A DNA stretch of 64,000 nucleotides from Eledone cirrhosa (lineage: Eukaryota), in assembly GCA_964016885.1 (NCBI GenBank), contig OZ024742.1:140740001-140804000 (forward strand), written 5' to 3'. The notes beneath the pieces were generated by a model. That model made no database searches. It saw nothing but the letters and a program-made list of their open reading frames with translations, and was not told where the DNA came from. A program made the position numbers and the translations under genes. Shown in pieces: positions 1 to 13,321 of the stretch. Every line of letters starts with the position of its first letter. Position 1 is the first letter of the stretch.

Positions 1-161
1 GTAGAAAAACACTAAGTGTGGTTAAGGAGAAGAAGAGTTATTTTAGTCATCTTTGCAAAAAGTTTATCTAAAACATTACTTTCTAGATGTCAAATGTATG
101 TTAGAAGTCATATATATATATATATGTCTAAACCCATGCTAGCGTGGAAGTTAGATGTTAA

Positions 162-173
162 ATGACGATGATC

Positions 174-238
<65 letters not shown>

Positions 239-412
239 CATGATGATGATGATGATCATGATGATGATCATGATGAGGATTATCATGATCATGATGATGA
301 TGATCATGATGATGATGATCATGATGATGATGATCATGATGATGATGATCATGATGATGATGATCATTATGATGATGATCATGATCATGAAGATCATGAT
401 CATGATCATGAT
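162..412. repeat. (GAT)n with 15-bp higher-order GATCATGATGATGAT units
   Basis: Direct reading; follows the RTE 3' end aacccatgctagcgtggaagttagatgttaaa. Confidence 0.95.
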
Positions 413-434
413 GAGGAGGAGGAGGGGGAAGAGG

Positions 435-875
435 TGTAGCGACTAGCGCCACCTTGCCCGGGGAGAAAAAACTAATTGGAGTTACTTCCCGTTGAATTCT
501 AGAGGATTCCTTGAACTTCCAGTCTAGGGATTATAAAGGAGGGAGAAAAGAGACATCTTAGCTTATTTGGCGACGGCTCTCGGACAGTTCACTCACTAAC
601 GAGTTTGTTAACCTTATTATATCTGTATCAAATTAAATTAGTGGTTGGCCCGCAGTGGTGTTTACCAAAGTAAATAACCCTGTGACTAATTCACTAAAAC
701 CTCATTTGAGAAGTCTGCAGGTACTAGCTGGAAATGACTGGACTGAGATTATCAGTTAGTATTGATATAAACGTAGTCAATGAAAAATTTTAATTTATCT
801 TTTTCTTTTGTTTCATTTATTTTGTTTTTCTAATATCCAATTAGTTTTTCTCCCTGGGCAAGGTGGCGCTAGTCG

Positions 876-880
<5 letters not shown>
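435..880. mobile_element. MITE with ~44-bp TIRs (TGTAGCG... terminus)
   Basis: 437-480 tagcgactagcgccaccttgcccggggagaaaaaactaattgga is the reverse complement of 836-878 with 1 mismatch and 1 indel. Confidence 0.85.
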
Positions 881-920
<40 letters not shown>

Positions 921-1328
921 ATCATCATCATATCATCATTTTATGTCTGCTTTTTACCCTGACATTGGTTGGACAGGTTATTGTAGTCCAGGATCAGATG
1001 GGTCGGATTGCTCATATGTTCCATATTTGGCATGGTTTATATGTCTGGATGCCCTTCCTAACACCAAGCACCTTACAGAGTGCAATCAGTGCATTTTTTA
1101 TGGCATCCCCACTATTACTTTACAGAGTGTGATAGAAATGTTTCATTATGGTACCAACACTAACATTGTACATCATATATTGTGTAGGACAGAACGAAGG
1201 AGAGACAATATATATTCAACCATCTGGTTATCAAACCAACCAATCAACCACCGGAAATTTATAATAAATTGAAGTGAAAATCAACAGGTGCATGTGTTTT
1301 TATTGTCAGCATGACCCTCCCAAAGTAT

Positions 1329-1370
<42 letters not shown>

Positions 1371-1372
<2 letters not shown>

Positions 1373-1812
1373 TCTCTTCCTGCTATTTCAAGTGTTGAAC
1401 TAATATATTTCTTCCATTTACTGTGCCGCTTGTTTTGTTATTTTTGTTAAACTTTTAAATACATATATATATCAACACTTACGTGGACTTCTCAAATTCA
1501 TTGGATTTTCACCCTGAAACTGGATTTACACCCGGACTTTACCCGAACTTCTACCTGGATATCTTTTTGGATCACTGGATTATTTCCTTTGCTTCTAGCA
1601 TTACATGTATACCCCATGACTCACTATCACTTTTCCTCCACTATCCTCTTCTTACTTCCACCTTCTCCATCTCACCAGTCTTCTATTTCTAACTATCTTC
1701 TGATGAAGGACTAGTGTCTGAAACGTTAAGACTCATTTCCTGCTATTTCAAGTGTTAAACTATTATATTTCTTCCATGTACTGTTTTGTTATTTTTGTTA
1801 TTTCTGTTTACC

Positions 1813-1816
<4 letters not shown>
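1371..1816 (+). mobile_element. Retrozyme/Penelope-like non-autonomous element: 360-bp unit plus ~85-bp partial second unit, containing a hammerhead motif
   Basis: Direct repeat actc..ttcctgctatttcaagtgtt.aacta.tatatttcttccat at 1371 and 1731 (period 360). Hammerhead core immediately before the second copy. Flanked by (TA)n and (CA)n. Confidence 0.7.
1696..1731 (+). ncRNA. Minimal type I hammerhead ribozyme motif
   Basis: tctt|CTGATGA|a|ggac-tagt-gtct|GAAAC GTT|aaga. Stem I tctt/aaga; stem II 4 bp with one G.U (probable CpG decay); palindromic stem III AACGTT; GUU cleavage triplet at 1725-1727. Confidence 0.72.
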
Positions 1817-1847
<31 letters not shown>

Positions 1848-3659
1848 ACAAAGAAATAATTGTTTTATGAAGCTTTGAGCAAATTTGAATTTGAAAAGTA
1901 TCTTAGCTTAGTGTAAGTTGCTACAACACAGGTTTAACTATAAAATACTCAAACAAGTTGGGCATATAAATCCCCTATAGATGGAAAAAAAGTGAACAGA
2001 GTTGCCCACAGGAATCAAACTTGTATATGCTATAATCTGGATAGCTGCATTACCATTACTGGTAACGAACAATTGTGAAAGTCTTCAGTTGTGTCAAAGA
2101 TATGATGACATCCCCTCCTAGTGCTGGTGTGACAACAAAACACATGGTGTACTTTTAAAATGTGGTAATGTGAAATGTGGTAATGTTAAAATGTGGTAAG
2201 TAAGATGCCATCCCAGCCAATCTGAAAAATCAGTGGCTCCAGTTAAGTACTGACTTGGTCTGTGACAATCTGTCCAACCATTGCTAGCAAGGAAAATGAA
2301 TGATGAAAACAACAATGAGGATGATATAAACATGCATAGCAAGAAAAAAAAAAGATAATATGAAAAGACGTTTAAAGAATATGTCATTATAAATCTAGAA
2401 CAGATGTTGGTCAAAGAAATACAATAATTTATGAGGGGTTTTTTTAAATATAAATTTTCAAAAAATTGTATGAATCTAAAAACCAATCAATTTATGTTTG
2501 GAATATTTTTTATATAAATTTCTTTGTTAATTTCCTACGTAAAAAAAATTATGAATTATTTCCTAGTCACATGTTTCTGAAATGAAACAAGATAGTTTGA
2601 GTTTACACAAATGCAAACTGCTTCAAATAGTTCAAACCTTTTTAGATTTTAATTTGTAAAAATGGTTTAGCAAATGGATTTAAAATATCAAAGTATGATC
2701 TAAAAAAATCCTTTTAGCTGATGAATTATTTGAGGGTAAAGAATGAAAGAGAACATTTTTTTATGAGCAAGTGAATTTAACCCACCTATTCAAATAAAAA
2801 GAACTCTAATATATTTAAATCCTTCTTCTCGAGATTATTTTTTGTAACAAAAATATAACCTATTTTGAAAATTATTGCACATTAGTGAACCATATTTCAT
2901 AAGTAGATGATGTTTTAAAGAACATTAAACTGGAAATAAAGTCTGACAGATAATCTTTTGTTAGAGTTGAAGTATTTGGTGTCAGCTACAGACAAACATC
3001 TTATAAAAGCTGGATCTAGAACAATATGAAATGAATTGATGTCAAGTTTAAAAAATGTCAAAACAAATGTATTTCAATGTACAGCATCAACAACAAAGCC
3101 ACAGTCATCACTGCTATTTCTGTGTCGCTGCCATGGCCCCTACCTACATAATCATCTTCATTATTTGACAGTAAATTGGCAGAGTTGTTAGTTATGCTTG
3201 CTATGACTCTGAGTTCTAACCCCACTTTGGTCAACTTATCCTTTCAGGGATTGAAAGTCTCAGTCAAATGGTGATATGATAGAATGCCTTACAGTATCAT
3301 CATCGGCATCATCATCATCATTTGACAGGAAATTGGCAGAGCTGCTCTACAGTATTTGTTCTGACTCTCTGATTTCAAACCTTGCTGAGGCCAACTTTGG
3401 CTTTCATTCTTTCAGCAGTGCATAAATAAAGTAGCAGCCCATGTTGGTGACTTGACAGAATGTTTAGCGTTAGAGGGATGTTTTCTAATACCTCTTCTTG
3501 CTCTTTGCATTTTGAGTTTTAATCATGTCATGTCACTAAAAAAGACAGGCTCTTCAAGGCCTGGTAATGGTGATAGGTATAAAAAGTTCTTAAATTGCCA
3601 AATATTTTCAGTGAGTCCTTTTCCATGGTAGCACAGCAATTGGTATGAGAGACTACAAG

Positions 3660-4108
3660 CAGGGCCGGATTTAGACCTTGGGGGAACCCATGGCATTTCA
3701 GGTTGGAGGAGGGGGGGGGGGGTCTTATACACACAAAATTAAAATACACAGCAAATCCCCAATTTTATATATCAGAGTTGACTAGATGCAAGTAATTGGG
3801 ATTGAAGAGTTATACATACAGGTGCTAAATAAAAAGAAAATCTATCCAGCCTCATGTTACATCCACTTTCCACACTGGCATGTGTTGGAGGGGTTGTCAC
3901 AGTTCAAGACCAGACATTTCATGAATTTTGCCACAGTAAGGACATTAAATACTTTTTGTTAAAAATATAGTTCTCGTTGCCAAAGGGATAAACTTAAAAA
4001 GCCCAGCATAGGGTACAAATAAATTGTTACGGCTGCTGCTGGTGGGACCCTCTGCTGTGGAGGGCCCAGGGCAATTGCCCCCTTTGCCCCCCATTAAATC
4101 CAGCTCTG
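3660..4108. mobile_element. hAT-type MITE
   Basis: TIR cagggccggattta / taaatccagctctg (12/14); 8-bp TSD actacaag (3652-3659) / actacacg (4109-4116). Confidence 0.85.
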
Positions 4109-5794
4109 ACTACACGGAGACTTTTGAATCTTCTCTATTCTCTTTCTCTCTAACACATACATGCGTTGATATTATGGAGTGGGGGTTAATACTGTAACTT
4201 TTCTTGATGTGTAACTGCTGTTCTGAATTTGACCTGGGTACTTCTAAAATCTTCTTTGTTCTTCTTTAATCTGAGAATATCTAAATATTAACCTAATCTG
4301 GATCAGCCACACATGCACTAAATTAAGTGAAAATTTGTATATCTATAAAAATATATGTATAGATATGGATATAATACAATCATAATCACTATCACCCTTT
4401 TACATCCATTTTCCATACTGACATGAGTTGAATGTATTGTCATGGTCTGAGGGCAGACAGGTTGAAGAATCACGTCTTGGTCATATGTTTCATATTTTGG
4501 CATGGTTTCTATGGCTGGATGTCCTTCCTAATGAAAACCACTTGACAGTCTACTGAATGCATTTTATCATTATAATCTCTACCTGCTGGTGTAGTAAACT
4601 CTATCAAAGTGTTTATATTTATCTAAAAACTTTCCATAATAATGTTATGTGAGAACCTTTGTTATGTTCCAAACACCAGCATAATAATGAAAAAGTTAGA
4701 TATATTACTCAATTCCTCCAAATTATTAATTATTTAAAAAATTAATTGTAACATATGGACAGTGTATTTCATTAGAAATATGACAAGGAGAAAATTAAAG
4801 AAGTTGATTCCACAGTAGTTACTGCTCACTGTCTGATCCCCTTTTGATAAGTGTATCCTATATATGAAGTTGAATGATTAACAAAATGTTTGACATGATA
4901 TAAAAAGAAAGGAGTTGATCATCAGATCAAACCAAGAAAACTTTGTTTATATTAGCCTTTCCTTTGCTGATACTATCTGCTTTTCATAACTCCTGGTAGA
5001 AGCATCACTACATTTCCAGTGACATGAGGAAGATTTGAACTCAGAATGAACAGAGTTGGAATAGATACCATAAAATAGATGATGAAGGACCATGACAAGT
5101 GGAGAGATGTTGTGCTGAATAGGACCCATCCCACCCTTGCAAGCAGGGAAAAGTGCAGACATAAAATGATGATGATGATGATGATGAAAACATTGTTTGA
5201 CTCTTCAACAATTTCACCGATCCACTACTCCTGGATTGGTACTTAGTTTATTAGCCCCAGTAAAGATGAAAGGCAAAGTCACAAATGACAAATGTTGAGA
5301 TATTTGATCTGATGGTCTAACAACTTAGCCGATTCACCACTAATTTGTCATATGATACATAATGTAATAAAGGCTGACATTTTTATATTATAACAAGTCA
5401 TTATCCATTTATCCTGCTTTCTTTAAAAATAGCATTAAAAATATGTTATAAATTTGATACACTATATTTTAGAGAAAGATTTAACCTTAGTTTGAACTTC
5501 CAATTTTATCGACTCCCATAAATTGCTTTGTCTACAATATTGTGACACAAAGATATATCAATACAGCTACATACTAACTGATTCATTGATTACCAGGAAA
5601 TAGTCAGAGTTACAGGCTTATTTTGTTCAAGGGAAATTAATTTGAAAAATAATTTACTATAGCGAATCTGTAAATAGAAAATAAATCATAAAATATCTAT
5701 GGAGCAAAATGCACATAAAGCAAAAATTGTCTGGAAACTTCCAATATATATAATGTAATTATATGAAAGTTGTACAAATATAATAATGTGTGTA

Positions 5795-5800
<6 letters not shown>

Positions 5801-5880
<80 letters not shown>
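5801..5880. repeat. (TA)n(GA)n compound microsatellite
   Basis: Direct reading. Confidence 0.97.
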
Positions 5881-5882
<2 letters not shown>

Positions 5883-6580
5883 AGGAAATACAAGCCTTGA
5901 CTATTAGTATTATTATTTACACATCCTTTTAGGATAAATGTAGAAACTCTCTAAACCATAGGAAAGAAAGGAAGTGATATGTAATACAGCAAATTATTTT
6001 TAAGTTTGCAGACAATATTGATTGTATAAATACTTTTGAAATAATTCTTTATCTCACACCAAACACATTTTTTGCTAAACCTACAATCCATTATACATCT
6101 AGCCATTATAGTGGAATAGAAATGATTTACAGGAAACTATAAATAGTTAAGGAAGTATATTCAGGTATAGAAAATGTCATAAAGTAGATGGCAACTCTCA
6201 TGGCAAACAAAATTTGCAACTTACTTTTACATTCTGGGTAGAAGCTATTGCACAGCACTTATGATAGAGTCTCTATTGATTTTGAGGATGAATATTCAAT
6301 TGTTCAATCAATTGAATGTCCAACTCATGAATTAATGCGAAAGTAAGTAAGAAGTTGAGTATTCCACAGCCACATGTATTCTTAATGTAATTCCCAAGAT
6401 GAATCAACCTGACATAATATATGGCACAACTGGACTTTTGAATTACAGGTACAATCCATCCATCAGGTTCCACACAGTTTCTGTTTATCCAATTTCAATC
6501 ACCTGGCTTGGATTAACCTAAAGCTATGGTAAATACATTTTACCAAGAGGCCACACATTGGGACTGAACCTAGGCTCTCT

Positions 6581-6852
<272 letters not shown>

Positions 6853-7135
6853 CAGATAAAACATCAATTTTCTAGCAACTGATGATTTTAATCAGGGACA
6901 TAATTATGAGCAAAATTTGCTGTCGTGCACCATAGTAGTTTACTAGGTGGCAAGAGGTGGCATTGTGTGCCATTACAATCATCTAAATAACTAGATAACG
7001 GTGCAGTTGCTTTTCTATTTATTGGAGAAATATCCTATTTTCTAAGGTTGCTCACTTGGAGAACATGTCTTTTAATAGCTCTAACTTTTTTCTAATTTTT
7101 CTAACTTGTTCTGATTATCATTTCTTTTCAGATAA

Positions 7136-7397
7136 ATAATTGTTTCTACTTTAGGCACAAGGCCAGCAATTACCCAGTGCATTACTGGTACTTTATTTTA
7201 TCGACCCTGTAAGGATGAAAGGCAAAGTCGGTGGGATTTGAACTCAGATCGTAAAGCATAGTTACGTCCCTTTACGATCTGAGTTCAAATCCCACCGAGG
7301 TTGACTTTGCCTTTCATCCTTACGGGGTCGATAAAATAAAGTACCAGTAATGCACTGGGTAATTGCTGGCCTTGTGCCTAAAGTAGAAACAATTATT
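7136..7397. mobile_element. Palindromic fusion of two SINE 3' halves within a single 16-bp TSD
   Basis: Arms 7136-7256 and 7270-7397 are reverse complements (6-nt deletion and 1 substitution); TSD ttttcagataaataat at 7125-7140 and 7396-7411. Confidence 0.9.
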
Positions 7398-7640
7398 TTC
7401 AGATAAATAATGATGGACATTAAGCTAATTCAGCAAATGAAAAGGCACACTGTAATCATTGCCTTAAATGCAGAGCATAGTAATTTAGAGATTGCTTGTT
7501 TCCTGAAAGTTGCATGGTCATTTGTTGTCAAAGTTTGTAAAGAGCTGAAAGTTGCTGTGAAGGATTCTGACATCAGTAGCTAAATGTGAAATAGTTGCTA
7601 AGGGTCTTAATACCACCAGAACACCCAAATTTGTACTAAA

Positions 7641-8634
7641 CTTCTTCCAACCCATCCTTATTCTAGATACTATGGCCTCGAAACACCCCCCTCCCATGCT
7701 AATCTGATCTCCTAGGTACCGGAAGCTATCCACCACTTCTATAGCACCTGCCTGCATTTGAAAAATGTGTCTATCAATGCGACTTCTACTGTCTAATTTC
7801 CCTGTACATCTACTGCATACGTATTTCTCCCTACCTGTTAGTTTGCCCGCTATCCCACTACATCTCTTGTGTACCCAGGATCTGCATTGTGTGCATTTTA
7901 TAGAATTTATGCCAGTTCCTTTTCTGCATATTGAACATGGCCATTTCCCTGACGGAATCAGAGTTTTATCCTCTTTTCTACTCATCAACACTTTTGTCTT
8001 AGCTAGGTTCATTCTCAGTCCTCTTGCTTCCAACTGCTGTTTCCATAGCCAGAATTTATTCTCTAGCTCCTCTACTGATTCTGCTATAAGAACCAGATCG
8101 TCAGCATGGAGAAATTCCCATGGACAGCCAGTCTTAAACTCCTCTGTTATGGCTTGGAGGACTATAATGAACAAGAGCTGGCTGAGGACCGAACCTTGAT
8201 GTACTCCTACTTGTACCTGGAATTCCTCACTAAACTCAATTCCTACTCTGACTTTACTGACAGCACTTCTGTACAAAGTTTGCACTGTCCTCACAAGCTA
8301 GTTTCCTTAGGGACCACCAGATGACAGATCGGGGTACCCTATCAAAGGCCTTTTCTAGGTCAACAAAGGCTAAGTATAGTGGCTTATTCTTCTCTAAGAA
8401 CCTCTCTTGTAGTTGTCTCACTAAGAAGAGGGCATCTGTTGTACTTTTCCCAGGCACAAAACCAAACTGCATCTTATCTAGTTTGACTCTTTCTCTAATT
8501 AGTTGTGCTAATATTCTTTCTGCCACTTTCATAACCTGATCCATTGGTTTTATACCCCTATAATTGCTCCTCTCCAGAGCATCCCCTTTACCTTTGTAGC
8601 AATTTATGAAAATACTGCTGCACCAGTCTTTGGG
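7641..8634 (-). mobile_element. RTE-clade LINE, internal reverse transcriptase fragment (frameshifted)
   Basis: ORFs 8254-8703 and 7518-8294 give YKGKGDALERSNYRGIK, QFGFVPGKSTTDA, FVDLEKAFDRVPR, GVHQGSVLS and HADD (degenerate YADD), then a Cys/His cluster and FRYLG. Confidence 0.92.
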
Positions 8635-10870
8635 TATATATATATATATATGATGATGATTTGGGTATATATATGATGATGATAGATAATTTTCCTGTAA
8701 CATTTACTTTTATTCTGGCTTCTTAAAAATTGTGAACCTTTAATCTTCATAATCAAATCAAAGTAACATCTTGTTCCAGATCATATCTGTTGTTTTCTTT
8801 TTCTTTTCATAAATGCTACATTTCCTTAACTATATCAATTATTCATACATTCTGCATATGTTTCTCAGCATCACATTTATTCCACTAATGCTTCAACTTA
8901 ATGTTAACTAATTTTATTCAAGTAAATTTGTTGAATTCATTTTATATATAATTTTGAATCTTCTATCTTCAAACATTGAAAATCGTTTGACCAATAAAAA
9001 TAATTTTCATTTTTTCAGGCTTAAACCATAAATTCTTAAAGTCCTGTGCCACATGAAATCACATTAGCAAGACATTAAAAAATACAAAATAGCTCTATGA
9101 CTACGTCACATAAAAAATTGAAGTCTAATTTAATATTACAAATTTTCACAATGATCTGTCTACTAGTAAAGATATGATATACATTTGAATTAATAAACCT
9201 GCTATTAAATATTTATTACTAAATCATTATAAGATGTTAAGAGTTAATAAAAATAAGAATCCATAAATTAACTTTTAAAATTTTCACTGAACACACACAC
9301 AAACAAACAAACAAAATAGCTGGTGCTATCTTTAAAAGTTTAAACAAAAACAAAACAAAAACATTTCACAAAACAAAAACATCACCATTATTAATATCTA
9401 ATATAGGAGTGAATATCTTGGATTTTAGAAAAAATACGGCATCCCTGTATATTATATGGGGCAACTAAAAGGGTTGTCTTCAAGAAGGACCTCTAATTGT
9501 AAAACACTGCCTCAAAAAGCCTCATCCAACCCATTAACATGAAAAACCATACATTAAAATGATAATAATGATGATGATGAGGATGATGACACTATGGATT
9601 TTCTTGTGAAGCTTTCTAAAGGCTCATTCCACAAGCTCATTTCAAGTTCTCTTAATTGTTTTGTGTTTAATGAACTTCACTATTATTTTGAACCATTTCT
9701 TTGCATTCTGCAAAGTGGTAGGGCTGGAGCAATGATAAAATGTACCCAGTGTATTCTGTAAACTGGTTAGCATTAGGAAGGGCACTCAACAGTAGAAATC
9801 ATGTCAAAATATGGAATATGATAAGATGTGGTTATCCGACCCGCCTGTGTAACTCATGCCAGCACGGAAATGATGATGATGATAATAGCATCTTATTTCT
9901 GATATGAGCATTTACTCCACGAGGAAGCAAAATTCCTTTACATTCAACATAGAGAATAATTTTTTTAATTTCTTCAGCCTAAGTTGTTGTTCATCTCTGA
10001 TGAAGCACAGCTATGATCAAAAGTATTCTATACAAGAATATCCTATCATATGATTTCAGATGTAGTGACTCTAAGACTACATTCTTCAAATCCTACTTTC
10101 TTTTTTCTTGAACCCTTTCATTACTATATTTCTTATGAAAGATACACTCTAGGATTTTCAATTTATTTTTAAAATAATTAAGAATTTGGGGGGATTAATT
10201 TTTTCAATATTAAGGTGGTATTTGGAATATAACAAAGCTTCTTACACAAAATTATAGTGGAAGGGTTTTAGATAAATAAAAAAAACATTAAATAAAACTG
10301 TTTTATATCATAGAGCCATTTGGTTTCAAGTGGGTTGGTATCAAAAAGATTAAGACAGTAGGGTGGGATATGAGGGGGATTTGTTTGCTATTTCTAGCAG
10401 GTTAAGCCTCCAAATAGAAGTTCTTGCATTTGCTTATCTTCAACTTAACACATGTTATGGAAATCAATAATCATTAGTAATAACTCCTAACATTATTAGC
10501 AGCAGAAAACCCCATGTATTACATCTAAACAGTTCATTCTTAGTTTTCTTACTTCCGCTCTAATATATGTTGGAAACACTTTTTTTTATGAAACTAGTAA
10601 TTTTTATGAGGATATTGTATCGTAATCCATGAATATGTAGATATTTATAGGATCATATCTATGTTCTTTCTGGCAGTTCTCAACAATATCAAATACTATA
10701 GTTGCTTCCAAAACAGATTTCAGCTGTAATATGTTTTCATTTCTGTCATTAAGTAAAATGGGTATTGCTGCCAAGGATTGCCATCTCTATAGTAAACATG
10801 CAGAAACATATTTCACCATTTATATTTGCCAAAATTAACAATGAATTCAGGAATTCAGTATGCTTATATA

Positions 10871-12058
10871 TCATCATCATCATCATCATCATCACCATTT
10901 ATCATCTATTTTCCATGCTTGCATGGGTTAGACAACTATCATATGCTGAGGCCAGATCAGTCAAGTGACTACGTCCTGCTTGTACGCTTTGATTTGATTT
11001 GGTTTCTATGGCTGGATGCCCTTCCTAATGCCACTTTACAGTATGTACTGGGAGCATGGTTTCTACAGCTGGAAGCCCTTCCTAACACCAACTACTTTAC
11101 AGTGAGTACTAGGAGGTTTTTATCATGACTCTGGTAGTATCACCTTACAGGGTTGACTGAGTGCTTTTTGTTGTGGCATCAGCACTGCCACCTTACAGGG
11201 TGAACTGGGTGCTTTTGTTGTGGCACCAGCACTATGTCATTAGAACACTTAGGTACACAGTGTTCTTGGAAGGCATTGTTGGGGGTTGGGGCTGAGGTAC
11301 AGAGATTACACTATTGAAGGGGGCAATTCATGGAGGTGGCTTTGAAGCAAGTAGATGTATCTGACATCCGTTTATGGCATAAATGTGTGTGTGTATGTTT
11401 GTGGTGGATGTTGAGGTAGTGGACCATATAGGTGGCCTTAGAACAAGTAGGTGAGTGGGTGTGTGGCGTCTGTATTTTGGGGGTGTGCCTGGCTTTCCAC
11501 GGTGGCCTGGATTGGACAGGGAAAGTATCAGGGAAGGAGAATCAATCAAGGTTTGTCCTAGCTTCCCATGATAGCATGAGTTGGGCAAAGAAGTCAAGAG
11601 TATAGTAGCAAATGAGCACCTAAGAGTTGTTCCACCTCTCTGCTTCTTCAGGTCAAGGGTGGGAAGGGAATCAAGGGCAGGCTGGCAAGGAATTCAGGAG
11701 TATAATGGCAGGGTGGTGGAAACCTGAGTGTTGACTACCTCTCTGCTTCTTCAAGGTTCAGGTGGAGGTAGTGGGGTTTGGAGGGGAGCATACTTGTGTT
11801 CATTTCACTCCATTCCATATGCAAACCGCAAGTCTCACTACCATGTAGTATTGCTGTTCGCTCACCAACATAAGTCAATCTGCCTTTTATCTGATGGTTA
11901 GACCTTTTGTAGCCAGCAGTGGTAGTAGTTCACTGAACTTTTTCCAAATGATATTCACTCTGGCTACTGTAATTTCAGAACACCCTTCCCCACTGCAAAT
12001 TTGCTCCCCCAGGTAGCAAAAATTGTCAACTACCTTTGGGGAGCCACTTGAGCATTCT
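10871..12058 (-). mobile_element. Degenerate RTE LINE 3' portion (tail, UTR with ~50-bp subrepeats, RT remnant at ~11820-12058)
   Basis: (CAT)n tail at 10871; ctggatgcccttcctaa UTR motif; ORF 11887-12099 has FCYLG...WKKFSELLPLLATKG, homologous to the 22993-23745 ORF. Confidence 0.8.
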
Positions 12059-13321
12059 ATATATATATATTTCATATAGAAATGACTTCTACAAGACAAG
12101 AACCATTTCAGGCTTTCTAAATTATTAGGAAGTCAAATAATTTTGGGATAGCCTTGGTATGCTTTGGTAGAATTTATCATAGTTGTAAGCTGGGCTGATG
12201 AAGAAAATAGGGAGGGGGCAGGGAATGGTAAGTGAATCTGGACAGGCTAAGGGTCAGGAGAAGGAAGTAGTGTGGGTGGGGGATAGGGGTGGTTAGTCGG
12301 TAGGAGTGGAGTATAAGGAGGAAAAGTATAACGTTTATAGGAATAGTCTCTCTCTCTATGTATGTATGTATGTATGTATGTATGTATGTATGTATGTACA
12401 CACATACATATAAACATACATATATATAGGAATAGGCTCTCTCTATATATATACATAAGAATAGACTCTCTAAATATATATATCATTAAAAAAATCACAG
12501 GGGGAATGTAGAAAACAAAACTCAGAAGAGACAAGCTCGTGGACAATTAGCATTCATCTGTCTTGTGGGGATCATTATAGTCTTGGATGCTTTATAAGGC
12601 CCTTAATCTATTCATCCCCAGTGCATCAATAGTTATCCATTGATGGCTATTTGGGAAGAAAATACAATGAATGTTGAACCAAAAGACAAGACGGAATATC
12701 TACATATTGCTACAATCAAAAGCAACACAAATGTGAGTAGCAACTATAGGAATGAATGAAATATATAGACACATACATATATATATACATGCATATACAC
12801 CCACTCTAAAATAAGGAGACAGCGGAGGCAAGTGTTTATGGGCCTGTGCATGACTATAGGATCATAACAAAATTTAAATTAATATATTAGGTGATATTAG
12901 ATTGGTTTTGATCAGACCTCAAGTTGAGACATCACAAATAATAGGAGTTACTTCCAATATGTAATAAATTTATAAATATGTTCCCCCCTCCCATACACTA
13001 CACTTGCAAATCTGTACATAAAATTGATGCCTGTTAAAAGGGAGTGAATATTACCCCTAACACTACTAGGCTGATGATTAACTAAAAAAAAAACCCCACA
13101 ACATTGCTAAACATATGATTAGCTGATTAGTATAAAGCAGAGCCACCTGCTAATACCTGTTAAAAGGAACAGATTTCACAGACAGTGCTACCAGCCACAT
13201 GAGTAACTCTAAAGCAAAACTATTTGTTTTCATATCAGTCATTATGAATAGATGTTATCAATAACACATACCAAACACATAATCAATCACCTGTCCACTA
13301 TGTCACTGATCACACAACCAA

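Noticed and set aside
108-452. Poly-His/Asp/Met/Ile ORFs
   Set aside because: Translations of the (GAT)n repeat; the same applies to the CV/HT ORFs at 6.5-6.9 kb and 24.6-24.9 kb.
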